From NCBI GenBank assembly GCA_963786955.1, contig CAWBAT010000008.1, positions 224,001 to 288,000 on the forward strand: DNA of 64,000 bases. The letters run 5' to 3'. Below, one piece after another: positions 54,401 through 64,000 of this stretch; the stretch's first letter is position 1, and every line of letters begins with the position of its first letter. Source of the DNA: an uncultured Acidimicrobiia bacterium (GTDB lineage Bacteria; Acidobacteriota; Terriglobia; Versatilivoradales; Versatilivoraceae). The notes below the pieces were generated by a model that made no database searches, was not told the origin of the DNA, and saw only the letters and a list, made by a program, of their open reading frames with translations. Made by a program: the position numbers and the translations under genes.

Positions 54401-55516
54401 CAGCGCCTTGAGGCCGCTGTTCTTGGCATCCCAGCTAGTTCCGCTATTGACGCTCTTAAACACGCCATGACGGAGGGTGCCTGCATAAAGATTAACAGGG
54501 TTGGAAGGGGCTAGAGCGACAACCTGCACATCCTCACTCGGAGAGCTAACATAGATAGGATTCCACTGCCCCCCGCCATCGATCGTTTTGTAGATGATTT
54601 CGGGGGCGTTGCTGAGAGTGACTCCTCCCCTTACAATGACATACAAATTATTGGGACTGAGCGGATCAATAATCAGATTTTCGGCCTTCAGACCGCTAAA
54701 GGTTTCCCACCCATTGCTGGAAATTTTCCATTGCCCACCGCTATTGGCACTTTTATAGACTGCACCGTCAGCGACTATATAAAGATTGCTGGGGGTCTTG
54801 GGATCGATCACCACGGCTCCGAAATTGGTAGTGTCCAGCCCGGTTCCGGAAGGATTCCACGTTACCCCACCGTCGGTACTCTTCATCAGACCTGCTGTCG
54901 TGCTGGCATACAGATTGTTGCTGTTTGTCGGATCGATCGCCAGAGCGTGCGCTTTCCAGCTTAGCTGATTCCAACTTACCTGATTCCAACTGGTGCCCCC
55001 ATTGGTGCTCTTGATCACGTAGTAATCCACCGTCGTGCCCACCTTGGTGACGATGTTGGCATAGAGGGTACTTGAATTCTTAGGATCTATGACCAAAGTT
55101 TTGGCACCATCCCCGCAAGGGAGCTTAAGATCGAGAATCGTCCAATTGGCGCCTGCATCCATGCTTTTGAAAATATTGCCACCCACTTCATAAATGGTCG
55201 TATGGTTGGTTGGATCGAGGAGGATTTTCGAAGTCCCAAAGTTGGCATGGAGATCAGTCCAGCTTGTACCGCCATCGGTGGTCTTAAAGATTCCTCCAGC
55301 GTAATTGGCCAAATACGCAGTATTGGGATCAGTATAGTCCACTGCGATCTGAGCAACATATCCGCCCTCCGGGCCGTTTCGGGCAGTCCAGTCAAGGGCA
55401 ACCGCTGCCTGCGGGGAAACAGCTGTAATAATCCCCCACAGGAGCACTGGAATAGAGAGCCAAGAAATCGAATGACTCGGTGTAGGTTTCAAGGTTCCGC
55501 CTGTGGTATTTATCAA
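51472..55516 (-). CDS. Tandem paralogue: BNR beta-propeller + 'SPNGGE' Ig-like domain + conserved C-terminal module; frameshift near 53360 in the Gly linker
   Basis: ORFs 53321..55516 and 51472..53382; same 'ALDWTARNGPEGG' mature start and 'GQRTGDGA.IGSSQ' end as the 46559 gene. Confidence 0.88.
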
Positions 55517-55602
55517 GCTAATTTCTCCCGTCTATCTTGCATGGATTGCGGAGTGCGATTCCTGCCACATTCCGGTGTAATCGTCTACTTGCGCTCAGAT
55601 GT

Positions 55603-55661
55603 TATAGCCGGGGGCGCTGCCTCGGACAACAGGCCTGGAGGCCTGTTGCTATTGTCTTGTG
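55603..55661. repeat. Degenerate partial copy of the 50701 REP unit upstream of the second paralogue
   Basis: 'atagccgggggcgctgcctcggacaacaggcctggaggcctgttgctattgtcttgtgt' matches 50701-50760. Confidence 0.75.
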
Positions 55662-55890
55662 TTCTGCAGCATCGCCCCGTCCTAGGACGAAATGGGCGAC
55701 GACTATCCCGACAACTCAATATCGCAATAGGGCAAAACTCCCGGCGCTTTTTCTGGACCATGGAAGGGTCTTCAGTCACGATCTTTGATGGGTATAGCGC
55801 GCCGATAAAAGGATAGCAAAATAAGGAATTTTGGGCAACCCGATCGCGACAAGTTGCGCTGAACCCTTTCGCGGTTACCCGGCACCTTGA

Positions 55891-57174
55891 TCAGGCTCCT
55901 CGAGCTTCCGGCTTCTCCGGCCAGAACCAGCCAACCATCGAGCCCAGCAAGGGGACAAAGGCGACGCACATCACGGACGGGGCAAAGGTGCCGCTCTGGT
56001 CCGCGAGACCTCCGATAATTGGGTTGAGGAAGGCCAGCACGAGCCAGGGGAGGGAACCAGCCAGTCCCACTAGTTTGGCCGTATGACGGAGTGAGGTTTC
56101 CTGTGAAAGGGCAAACATGTTGGGAAATCCTCCCATGGCTCCTGCGGCTACAATCAAGACCAATGGTATTGCTAACCAGGGTGCCGGTTTGAATGCCACT
56201 GGAATGGCCAAAAGGCAGAGCAGCGACGTCCCGGTACTGACGAGCTTACGAGAGCGAGCGACTGTGAAGCCCGCCTGCGTCAGCTTGCGCGTGCAATAAC
56301 CGGCCAGCAGGGATCCCAAGTCAGCCGCTACGAAGAATGCCGCGAGCATCCACAGCATTTCTCCCTCGCTATAATGCAAGTCTTTCCTCAGAATGCGCGG
56401 CAGCCAAGCACGAAAGAAATGCCAGCAAACATTGACGGTCAGGCTGACCATCATCATGATCCAGAACAGCCGGCTCACCAGGACCCGGCGAAAAGGGAGT
56501 TCGGGTTCGGGAAACGCAGAGACATCAGAAGAGACCTTCGGGTGCTCGATCTCCAGGGCCCGGTCTCCCCGGATGAAGATAACCCAGAGCAGGGCCCACA
56601 GGCCGCCACTCGCGCCGACCACAACGAAGAGCTTCTGCCAATTCTCCCCGCTCGGGCTGATCATCGCCCAAGCCAGGATGGGGGTAATGGCTGCGCCGAG
56701 GGAGGCCCCACTGTGGAAAATGCCGTTTGCCAGGCTTCGTGCCTCCAGCGGGATGACCCTGCGAACTACGCTCACGGCACACGGCCAGTTGAACGCTTCG
56801 GCGACTCCCAGGGTCACACGACACAAGATCATGGCCTCGATGGTGTTGACTAGACCTGTCAAGAGACCGGCCGCCGACCAGACCAGCAGTGCGCCTAAAT
56901 AGAACCAACGGACGTTAAAGCGGTCTACTAGGAAGCCTGCAGGGATCAGTGCTAGCGCGAAAGCATACTGGAACGCCGACTCCACCTCCCCATAGCCTCT
57001 CTCTTTGCCGTCAAAGAACTGGCGGATCAGGTGGCTAGATGTGGCCTGCATGGTCTGCCGATCCATGTAGTTAATCATCGTAGCCAGGAAAAGTAACCAG
57101 ACGATTCCCCATTTCCAGGATGGGATGCGGTTAGTTTTCAAGCTAGTGGTCGTCTGAGTAGAGGAAAGAGTCAT
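55891..57174 (-). CDS. MFS transporter, ExuT/anion:cation symporter-like
   Basis: 'WGIVWLLFLATMINYMDRQT', 'GFLVDRF', 'LGVAEAFNWP', 'RSLANGIFHSGASLGA'; about 12 TM segments. Confidence 0.9.
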   Translation of the reverse strand: MTLSSTQTTTSLKTNRIPSWKWGIVWLLFLATMINYMDRQTMQATSSHLIRQFFDGKERGYGEVESAFQYAFALALIPAGFLVDRFNVRWFYLGALLVWSAAGLLTGLVNTIEAMILCRVTLGVAEAFNWPCAVSVVRRVIPLEARSLANGIFHSGASLGAAITPILAWAMISPSGENWQKLFVVVGASGGLWALLWVIFIRGDRALEIEHPKVSSDVSAFPEPELPFRRVLVSRLFWIMMMVSLTVNVCWHFFRAWLPRILRKDLHYSEGEMLWMLAAFFVAADLGSLLAGYCTRKLTQAGFTVARSRKLVSTGTSLLCLLAIPVAFKPAPWLAIPLVLIVAAGAMGGFPNMFALSQETSLRHTAKLVGLAGSLPWLVLAFLNPIIGGLADQSGTFAPSVMCVAFVPLLGSMVGWFWPEKPEARGA

Positions 57175-57310
57175 TGGGATCGTATCGGTACAGAACGAAA
57201 CACGAACGGTTCGAGTGAGTGGACTCGTGATACCAAGTTGCAATCAATTGGATACATATAGTTGAGCTAGCATCTCCAGTAGAGGCAGCTAAAACACGGA
57301 AATCTGCCAC

Positions 57311-57459
57311 TTAGTATGCCATTCGTAATTACGGTGATGTATCTTAGGATAGGCGCCGCGTGAGGTTGAGGTTTTGAGAAAGCCTCAAGCCTACAAAGTT
57401 GTAGGCCGGGTCACCGACCCGGCGTTAACGTCACCTTAATTACGAATAGCAGTACTTAG
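57311..57459. mobile_element. MITE-like element with ~30-bp imperfect TIRs enclosing REP hairpins
   Basis: Left TTAGTATGCCATTCGTAATTACGGTGATGT vs right reverse complement TAAGTACTGCTATTCGTAATTAAGGTGACGT; internal GTAG-GCCGGGTC..GACCCGGC. Confidence 0.65.
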
Positions 57460-57537
57460 TAATAGTGAATTGAGCATAAACGAACTTCAGTAATGCCTAG
57501 AAAGGTTGCCGAGGCTTCCCAATTCTTTGCCGCTTGA

Positions 57538-58330
57538 TCAGCGGGAACGAATCGCATGACTCGCAGGATCAGCCAGCAGCGCGCCACCGTCGCAGATCAG
57601 TGTGTGTCCCGTCACCATATCGGAGCCCGTGATCAGACTCACGATCGCATCGGCTACATCTTCGGGTTGGCAGGCTCGCCCGAGCGCACTGGCCGCGGCA
57701 AAGCTCTCCCGGGATTCCAGGTACCGCTCCCCTAATCCTTCCCGCATCCAGCGGCCTTCGATGAATCCAGGCGCCACGGCGTTGACGCGGATCTTGGGAG
57801 CGAGGACACGAGCCAGCGCCTTGGTGAGATTAATGACCCCAGCCTTCGATACCGCATAAGGGATTGAGCTGCCTGCTCCATTGAGGCCCGCGATGCTGGC
57901 GACGTTAATGATCACTCCACCGTTAGTCTCCAGGGCACTCCGGCAGGCCCGGGCACAATGGAATGTTCCCTTCAAATTAACGCCCAGGATGAAATCCCAG
58001 TCTTCGTCCTTCACTTCGTCCAGGTGGTCGTGCGGGATGAAACGGGTAACGCCGGCGCAGTTCACCAAAATATCGAGACGGCCCAGCTCCCCGACGACGG
58101 CTGTAACCATCGCCCGGCAGGCATCACTGTTCCTAACGTCTGCTTCTACCGGGAACAGCGCGAACGCCAATCGCGGCCAGCTCGGCGGCCGTCTGGGCCG
58201 CTTCTGGCTTTGTGTCTGCAATGTGATTGACGGCGATGGAGCAGCCAAGCCGTGCCAACGCTAAGCTGGTGGCTCTTCCCAGCCCGGTTGCAGCCCCAGT
58301 GATCAGCGCCACTTTTCCAGCCACGTTCAT
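57538..58330 (-). CDS. SDR-family oxidoreductase; frameshifted near 58150-58230
   Basis: 'TGAATGLG', 'DILVNCAG', 'NVASIAG', 'YAVSK', 'IRVNAVAPGFI'. Confidence 0.9.
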
Positions 58331-59292
58331 GGAGAACCTCCTTGCGAAGCCGGATGGAGGAGTTTGCCGAGAGCCAGGAAGAGAGCGTCTCGCCGTGCCC
58401 GGCGCTCAACCAGGCGTCCTGGAGGGTACTCATGAAACCCTTTGCCGGTCTTGGCCCCCAAATGGCCTTGATCGACCAGCCCCTGAACCAGGGCAGGAAT
58501 CTGGCTATCGCTCTTAATCTGTGGAGCCAGGTTTCGGAACACCGTCGTTTGGATATCCAAGCCTCCAAAGTCGTGAACTTCCAGAGGCCCGACTGCAGCC
58601 AGGCGGAAGCCCACGCTATTGCGGAGAGCGTCATCAATCTCAGTTGCGCTGGCCACGCCTTGATCGAGCAGATCCCACACTTCCCGCTGGATCGCCACCT
58701 GAATGCGGTTGACGAGAAAGCCCGGCAGCTCTTTGCGCAGCCAGAGAGGCTGCTTGCCAATGTGTTTCATCAGGGCCATGGTCGTTCGTGTGGTTTGCTC
58801 ATGGGTGCCTGGTGCTGGAACGACCTCCACGAGCGGTACCAGGTGCGGGGGATTAAACCAGTGCGTCACTAACGCTCGCTCCGGATGCTGCATCCGAACG
58901 CCTGATTGTGAGATGGGGAAGGTGGATGAATTGGAGGCCAGGATTGTGTCGCGGGTGACCAGCGATTCCAGGCGCTCGAACAATTCTTGCTTTACCTTGA
59001 GGTCTTCTTTGACTGCCTCGGTAACGAAACCGACGTTAGCCACGGCCTCTGCTTCGCTTCCCACAAATCACCAGACGAGACAGGATTCTTCAACGCGACT
59101 TTGCGGAATCAGTCCGGCTTCCACAAAGGCCTGGAGATTTGTCCGCACCCGCTCATGCAGGGACGCGCTCGCACCCGGCTGTTCATCAAAGCAGTTTACC
59201 GGATATCCCGCCACGGCAAAGGTCTGGGCGATTCCGTGCCCCATCGTCCCCAGTCCGAGAACAGCCACTCTGTGAATCGTATCATTGGGCAT
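58327..59292 (-). CDS. 3-hydroxyacyl-CoA dehydrogenase-family protein; frameshift near 59065
   Basis: 'VLGLGTMGHGIA', 'EAVKEDL.VKQ', 'ASNSST', 'HWFNPPHLVPLVEV', 'PGFLVNRIQ', 'LGAKTGKGF'. Confidence 0.9.
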
Positions 59293-59301
59293 GGTCGCTT
59301 C

Positions 59302-60974
59302 TTATCCCCACGGATCCGGTGCCAGAGCCCGAATGTCACTCACCACATCGAGCACCGCCGGCCGCCCGCTTGCAAGGGCTCTGCTCGAGCGCTGGCCGGA
59401 TCTGCGCGGGCTGTTCCACCCGCTCGGCATAACAGCCGAACGCCTCTGCAATCCGAGCCAGATTCAGATCCTCGAACTGCCACATCTTGAGGCCGGAGCG
59501 CTGCTCTCCGCCATAGGCCTGGGCGAAGAGCAACGTCTCCTGGCTGAGCGAGTGATTGTTGTTGACGATCGTGACGGTGTTAATCCCATAGCGCACGGCG
59601 GTCTCCAGTTCACTGATGTGGTAATAGAATCCTCCATCTCCGCTGAAGCAAATCACAGGCCGGTTCGGGCAAGCACACTTGGCCCCCATGGCTGCGGGCA
59701 GCCCCCAGCCCAGCGATCCCGCCGCCCGCAGATACATTTGGCCGGGATGATGAAGCTCCAAGTGCGTCCCGGTCCAAATTCCCAGCATGCCCCGTTTCGG
59801 AAACAAGCACAGCGTCAGCCGGAAGAGCCTCCTGCAACTCCTTGCAGATGCGCTCGGGACGCATCGGGGTGGCCTCTGACTGACGCAGCGGTTCGACACT
59901 GGCCCGCCAATTCCACGATGAGCTGTTCCACCCGCTTCAGCCAGGTTTCGCGCGATCGGGGTTTGGACATCGCCTGCAGAATCTGCCGCAGAACTGTTTT
60001 GGCGTCCCCGCACAATGACACGGCATTGGGATAATGGCGACCCAATTCCTCTGCTTCGATATCGAGTTGGATCACCCGAGTGCCCGGGCGAGGGATGCGC
60101 CAGAAATTCGTGACCTGGCTGCCGGTCCGGCTGCCGATGAAGAAAACAAGATCCGCTTCTGCCACGGCCCGATTGGCACAGTCACGCGAATAGGTACCCG
60201 CGACGCCCACGGAAAGCCGATGGTTTTCCCGGATCGTTCCCTTCGCATTTAGGGAGGTGGCCACGGGTATCCCGAGACGTCTCGGCCAATTCGACCACTT
60301 CTTCGCAGGCGCCGGAGGATGCCACTCCACCCCCTGCCACCAGGATGGGCCTTTCTGCCGTTTGAAGTAAGTAGTGCCGCCTGATCGACGTAGCGTGACT
60401 CGGCAGCGGGACGAAGCGGAGGAACAGCAGGCGAACGATGGGACGAAGGGTTCCGTCAACTCTCCCAGGACGTCCACAGCCTGGCCGAAGTGTCCCGCGA
60501 TTTCCAGATGGACAGGGCCCGGGACAGCCGGAGGTGGCAGAGCGAAAAGCCTGCCCCAGCAGGTCGGGAAGTCTTTCAACCGTATCGATGCGGGCATTGA
60601 AGCGGGTCAGCGGTTCGAAGAGTGGGAAGTCGTCAATCTCCTGGTAGACGTGGCGGTGCCGGTACTGGGGCATCGGGCCGCCGGTGATTGCAATCACCGG
60701 CGAGCAGGCAAGAAAGGGGTCACGCAATCCGGCCGCGAGATTGGCCGCGCCAATGACCTGTGACATGCAGATGCCGGGACGGTGAGAGGCCCGGGCGTAG
60801 CCGTCTGCCATGTACACAGCCGACTTCTCGCCATGCGTCATCACGCCAATGATGCCGCGGCGGTCCATCTCGGCAAGAGCCGGGAGTCAGCACGACTGGG
60901 ACAAAAAAAACATGTGTAATGCCAGAGGCTTCGAGAGCCTCCGCCAGATATTGTGAGCCAGTCATGCTTGGCAT
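59302..60974 (-). CDS. Thiamine-diphosphate-dependent enzyme (acetolactate-synthase/POX superfamily); multiple frameshifts
   Basis: 'HGEKSAVYMADGYARAS', 'PGPVHLE', 'GSLGWGLPAAMGA', ThDP motif 'GDGG...NNN'; the tail '...LAPDPWG*' ends at 59302. Confidence 0.88.
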
Positions 60975-61454
60975 TCAGACAGCTCCCAATGGTCGAGCAG
61001 CAAATAGGTTGTCCATGATGTTCCTGTACAGGCGGAGCTCGCAAGATTTGTCCAAGTCGAAGAATCAGGGCCGATGAATCGCAGCCATACAAAAGATAGG
61101 CATCAACCGGTTCTGAATTGCGCAGAATTCTGGTGTGAACAATGAGGTGTAGTCAAGGAGAAAACAGAAGAGAGCCATACGGACCGGGCTATTGATAAGT
61201 CGCCCTACTAAGGCTGGTGTCAAGACGGGATGTGGTTTCTATAAATCGGGCGCTCCTGACGGAGGCGGGGGTCGGGTTTTCCACCGAGCTTTATCGGGCG
61301 ATGAAATGGAGTCCCGATGATGAGACGAGCACTATTAATAGAAACTCTTGTCGTGCAAGCATCCCCAGCTCCGTTAGTGGCGGCATATTCAAAGTCGGTG
61401 ATGAGATTGGAGGCCCGGCAGCCGATATCAAAAATTTAGATTTTGTAACGTGAA

Positions 61455-62397
61455 CTAATGGCGATAGTGGCCACCGTGGTAGCCGTGATGTAGCATAATG
61501 TGGGCGCGAATAATAGACGAAGCTCGGACCATAATAATAGGGTGAGTAGAAGCCACCATAGTAGAAGGGTCGAGCATATCCCCCGTAAACTGGCGGGGAA
61601 TAGTATCCACCATAACTCGCGCGAGGGGGTGGCCCTTGCGGCGGACCCTGCTGGACGAGTCTCGGTGGCTGGTCGTAATCTTCTTGTCGAACAGGTTGAA
61701 ACACATCTACAGAGGACCCTGTTTGGATAGTGACCGGGTTCTCGGTCCGGAAAGCGAGTATGTCTTCAGGATATACCACAGTAGGGAGGCCGCGTGTAAC
61801 GAGAACGCCAATGGTGGAAGCAGCAGCTCCGGCTATTGCCCCAATGCCCGCACCATAACCATAACCGCAACTGGCGGCAAGACCGATCATCGTGCCAACG
61901 CCTGTGGCCGTCCCGATGGCCGCAGCATCCCGACCGACTGAGGTATTCCCTCGGCGCTCCATGAGTGTTGTTTTCACCTGAACTTGCCGGCCATCGACAA
62001 GGCTTAATTCGGTGAGCTCGAGGCGAAGACTCGAAGTTCCCTTCACCCGGCCGGCTTTTGCAGCAGAGGCGACTACCCCGGCAACAGTCTGTCCTCGACG
62101 GGCAATCACGAGTCCATTGGCAACGAGCGGCTGAGAGAGCGTTGCGGTGAACGCATCGCCTGGTTGATTGCGGTCAGTCGAGAGCAATTGATCCACTCGA
62201 ACTGTGATCCATGTGCCTGGAGGTAGAGTGAGTTCCATAGGGGGTGGTGGCGGACCTTGCTGGGCAGATATCTCCGAATCGATGCCACCCGGTCGGTGGA
62301 GTTTCGTCTCCTGGGGCTGGCGTCCTTGCCCAACAGTTCTCCTCCCACCAAAAATGCCAAGACGTATGGCAGGAATCCATTTCAGTTGAGCTTACAT
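61455..62397 (-). CDS. Exported hypothetical protein (TLPxGT/'GDxFTATL' beta domain, glycine zipper, Pro/Tyr-rich tail); frameshifted at both ends
   Basis: Core ORF 61291..62238 'LTLPPGTWITVRVDQLLS...GDAFTATLSQPL...AGRVKG'; GAGGAGG RBS near 62405; the true C-terminus is probably 'GYHGGHYRH*' at 61455. Confidence 0.65.
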
Positions 62398-62858
62398 GTT
62401 CCACCTCCTCAATTCTTCTCCCCTAAGAGTGCATGTGGAATACCAATACTAAATACTTTAGATTCAAGGGATAGAAGGGAGGGGCCTGGCTGATAATGGC
62501 CACAGTGGCTATTTTCGGCCAGCACTTCGAATTGGAACTCGGGGTTTAAATGAGTCTAAGCTCTCGAAGAAGGCTTTGATTCAGGCGAAGCTTGTGGAAA
62601 AAAGGAAGGCATTTCCGCCACATCTCTTGACTTATGTCTTTTAGAAATTTCCATGAAACCTTTTTGAAAGATTTTGCGTCTCAAATCATTAGTCAAGTCT
62701 GGTCCAAAGGCTGGGCAAAAGAGTGGGACCCGAGTGGAGAAGGGACATCTTCCGGCACCCAGTTAAGTCTTCAACGGCGATTGGAACATGCCGCGTGAGG
62801 TTTAGACTTTGATGAAAACCTGAGCCCTCAATGATTTCAAAGAGTTTGCCACCGTGTT

Positions 62859-62883
62859 GTAGGCTGGGTCCCCTGACCCGGCG
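62859..62883. repeat. GTAG-REP hairpin related to the copy at 57401
   Basis: GTAGGCTGGGTCCCCTGACCCGGC vs GTAGGCCGGGTCACCGACCCGGC. Confidence 0.6.
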
Positions 62884-63220
62884 GAACTCTTTCACACCTT
62901 TTCCTTCAAAGAACGTGATTATTGAGCATCAAGAAAATTAAGGCTAAACAAGATTCGTGTCGTATTTATAAAGCAAAGTCCTCAGGAGGATGACACGATG
63001 TTTCTCGAGAGGTTGTTGAATAAGTTCTTGCGTTGGCAAATCTGCTTTGCAGCCGCCATACTGATTTGTTATGTCCTGCGCATCGGTTGGCAATGAAGTC
63101 AAAAATCAAATAAATAATGTAGTTTTCGTGTAATTCTTCACGCCGGACTAGTTCCTCTTTGACAATCGGATCATGTCCCTAATCTTTTAGCTGGACACAG
63201 GGGGCGGAGGCAGTGCTCGG

Positions 63221-63448
63221 GAGTCCCTGGGGACTAACGTGAGCCCGGGGTGGCGTGGCCGCGCCACTCGGGGGATGTAACGTAAAGGAGACCCGACCCG
63301 AAAGAGTCGAATAAGATAGCGTCTGCTGACCGTTCGAGGCGATTCAACCCTTTCAGGATTGAATGCGAAATATTCTGAGCACCGTGGGTTTCGCTTCACG
63401 TTGCTGCGCTCAACCCACGGTTGTTGATGTCGGTCCCCTTCGGGACTG
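63221..63448. repeat. Nested palindromic element of a different REP-like class
   Basis: GTCCC-TG-GGGACT ... CCCGGG/CTCGGG ... CCCGAAAGAGTCGAAT // ATTCAACCCTTTCAGG ... ACCGTGGGTT/AACCCACGGT ... GTCCCCTTCGGGACT; symmetric about the centre. Confidence 0.6.
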
Positions 63449-63660
63449 CAGCCAGTTCCCCATTTGTGTCTGGCCATCGGACTTCAGGGTAATGATCACC
63501 TTGACAAAAGAGGACTTGAGGGGGTCGTGATATATTTACAAAATTATTTTTTGCGTTTGTGTTAGTTTCACTCATGTGAAACCGCCCCCTGAATCGACAG
63601 TTGGGGAAGTCTCGGTTCGAAACCCGCCGGTTCCTGTCACTTGGACAATGAAGGATCCTA

Positions 63661-64000
63661 ATGACCGTACGCAAGTTGAATTCCTGGCGTAGGCTCGCAG
63701 GGTTTATATTATTCGGTGTCGTTGGAATATGTGTCGGCGCTCCGCGGAGAGGATACGCCTACTCAGAAATTGGTGACGGCCCCGAACTTCTACCATGACG
63801 TGCTCCCCATTCTTAACGAGCACTGTCAGCGATGTCACCGCCCCGGCGAAGTGGCTCCGATGCCCTTCGTAACCTATGAACAGACGCGACCCTGGGCTCG
63901 TGCGATCCAAAAAGCAGTCCTTTCGAAGCACATGCCACCCTGGTTTGCGGACCCACGCTTTGGTCGTTTTGCAAATGATCCGTCGCTCTCCCCGGAGGAA
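63661..64000 (+). CDS. 5' part of an exported CxxCH c-type cytochrome protein; frameshift near 63730, runs off the window
   Basis: Not in the ORF track. Reads 'PNFYHDVLPILNEHCQRCHRPGEVAPMPFVTYEQTRPWARAI...MPPWFADP'; the signal-like start is in another frame from the ATG at 63661. Confidence 0.8.

Noticed and set aside
46559-55516. Diversity-generating retroelement template/variable repeat pair
   Set aside because: The similarity spans whole genes, the differences are not adenine-specific as far as I can see, and no reverse transcriptase is present.
59302-60974. Sulfoacetaldehyde acetyltransferase linked to ptb and the sulfate operon
   Set aside because: Those loci are more than 20 kb away, and no taurine or sulfonate genes are adjacent.
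121-63931. Numerous 60-250 aa ORFs antisense to or overlapping the called genes
   Set aside because: They are shadow frames with no motifs or RBS; same-strand fragments were instead merged into frameshifted genes.
1-64000. Mass pseudogenisation or programmed frameshifting
   Set aside because: Single-base indels hit unrelated genes whose motifs are otherwise intact, and I saw no common slippery site. This pattern fits long-read consensus error; read polishing would confirm it.

Overview
A 64-kb bacterial window, probably Acidobacteriota (inferred from protein types such as the CxxCH 'APM..TYE..RPWA' protein and the 'TLPxGT.I.VR' protein). Many genes are split by single-base indels, which looks like an unpolished long-read assembly rather than true pseudogenes. 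Contents in order: phosphate acyltransferase and LeuA/homocitrate-synthase-family genes; an FG-GAP surface protein; an MltF-like lytic transglycosylase; a ~22-kb cluster of eight large, mostly divergent glycoside-hydrolase-like genes (GH36, two clan-GH-D-like paralogues, two unassigned TIM-barrel-like proteins, a degenerate GH2, two GH38-like); an Rrf2-porin-sbp-cysTWA sulfate-uptake locus; a truncated IS110; a class II photolyase; a C1A peptidase; a REP-associated HUH tyrosine transposase between inverted tandem repeat arrays; TPR, lipoprotein and macro-domain genes; two tandem paralogous BNR/beta-propeller surface proteins; and a ThDP-enzyme/HADH/SDR/MFS operon. The strongest leads are (1) a ~500-aa internally duplicated C-terminal module shared by three secreted proteins with swappable N-terminal cargo, a candidate surface-display/sorting module, (2) the RAYT with CRISPR-like tandem REP arrays plus a nested set of REP/MITE elements, including a MITE with a 22-bp target duplication of a REP hairpin, and (3) glycosidases with altered catalytic motifs. 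No rRNA, tRNA or true CRISPR array was recognised.
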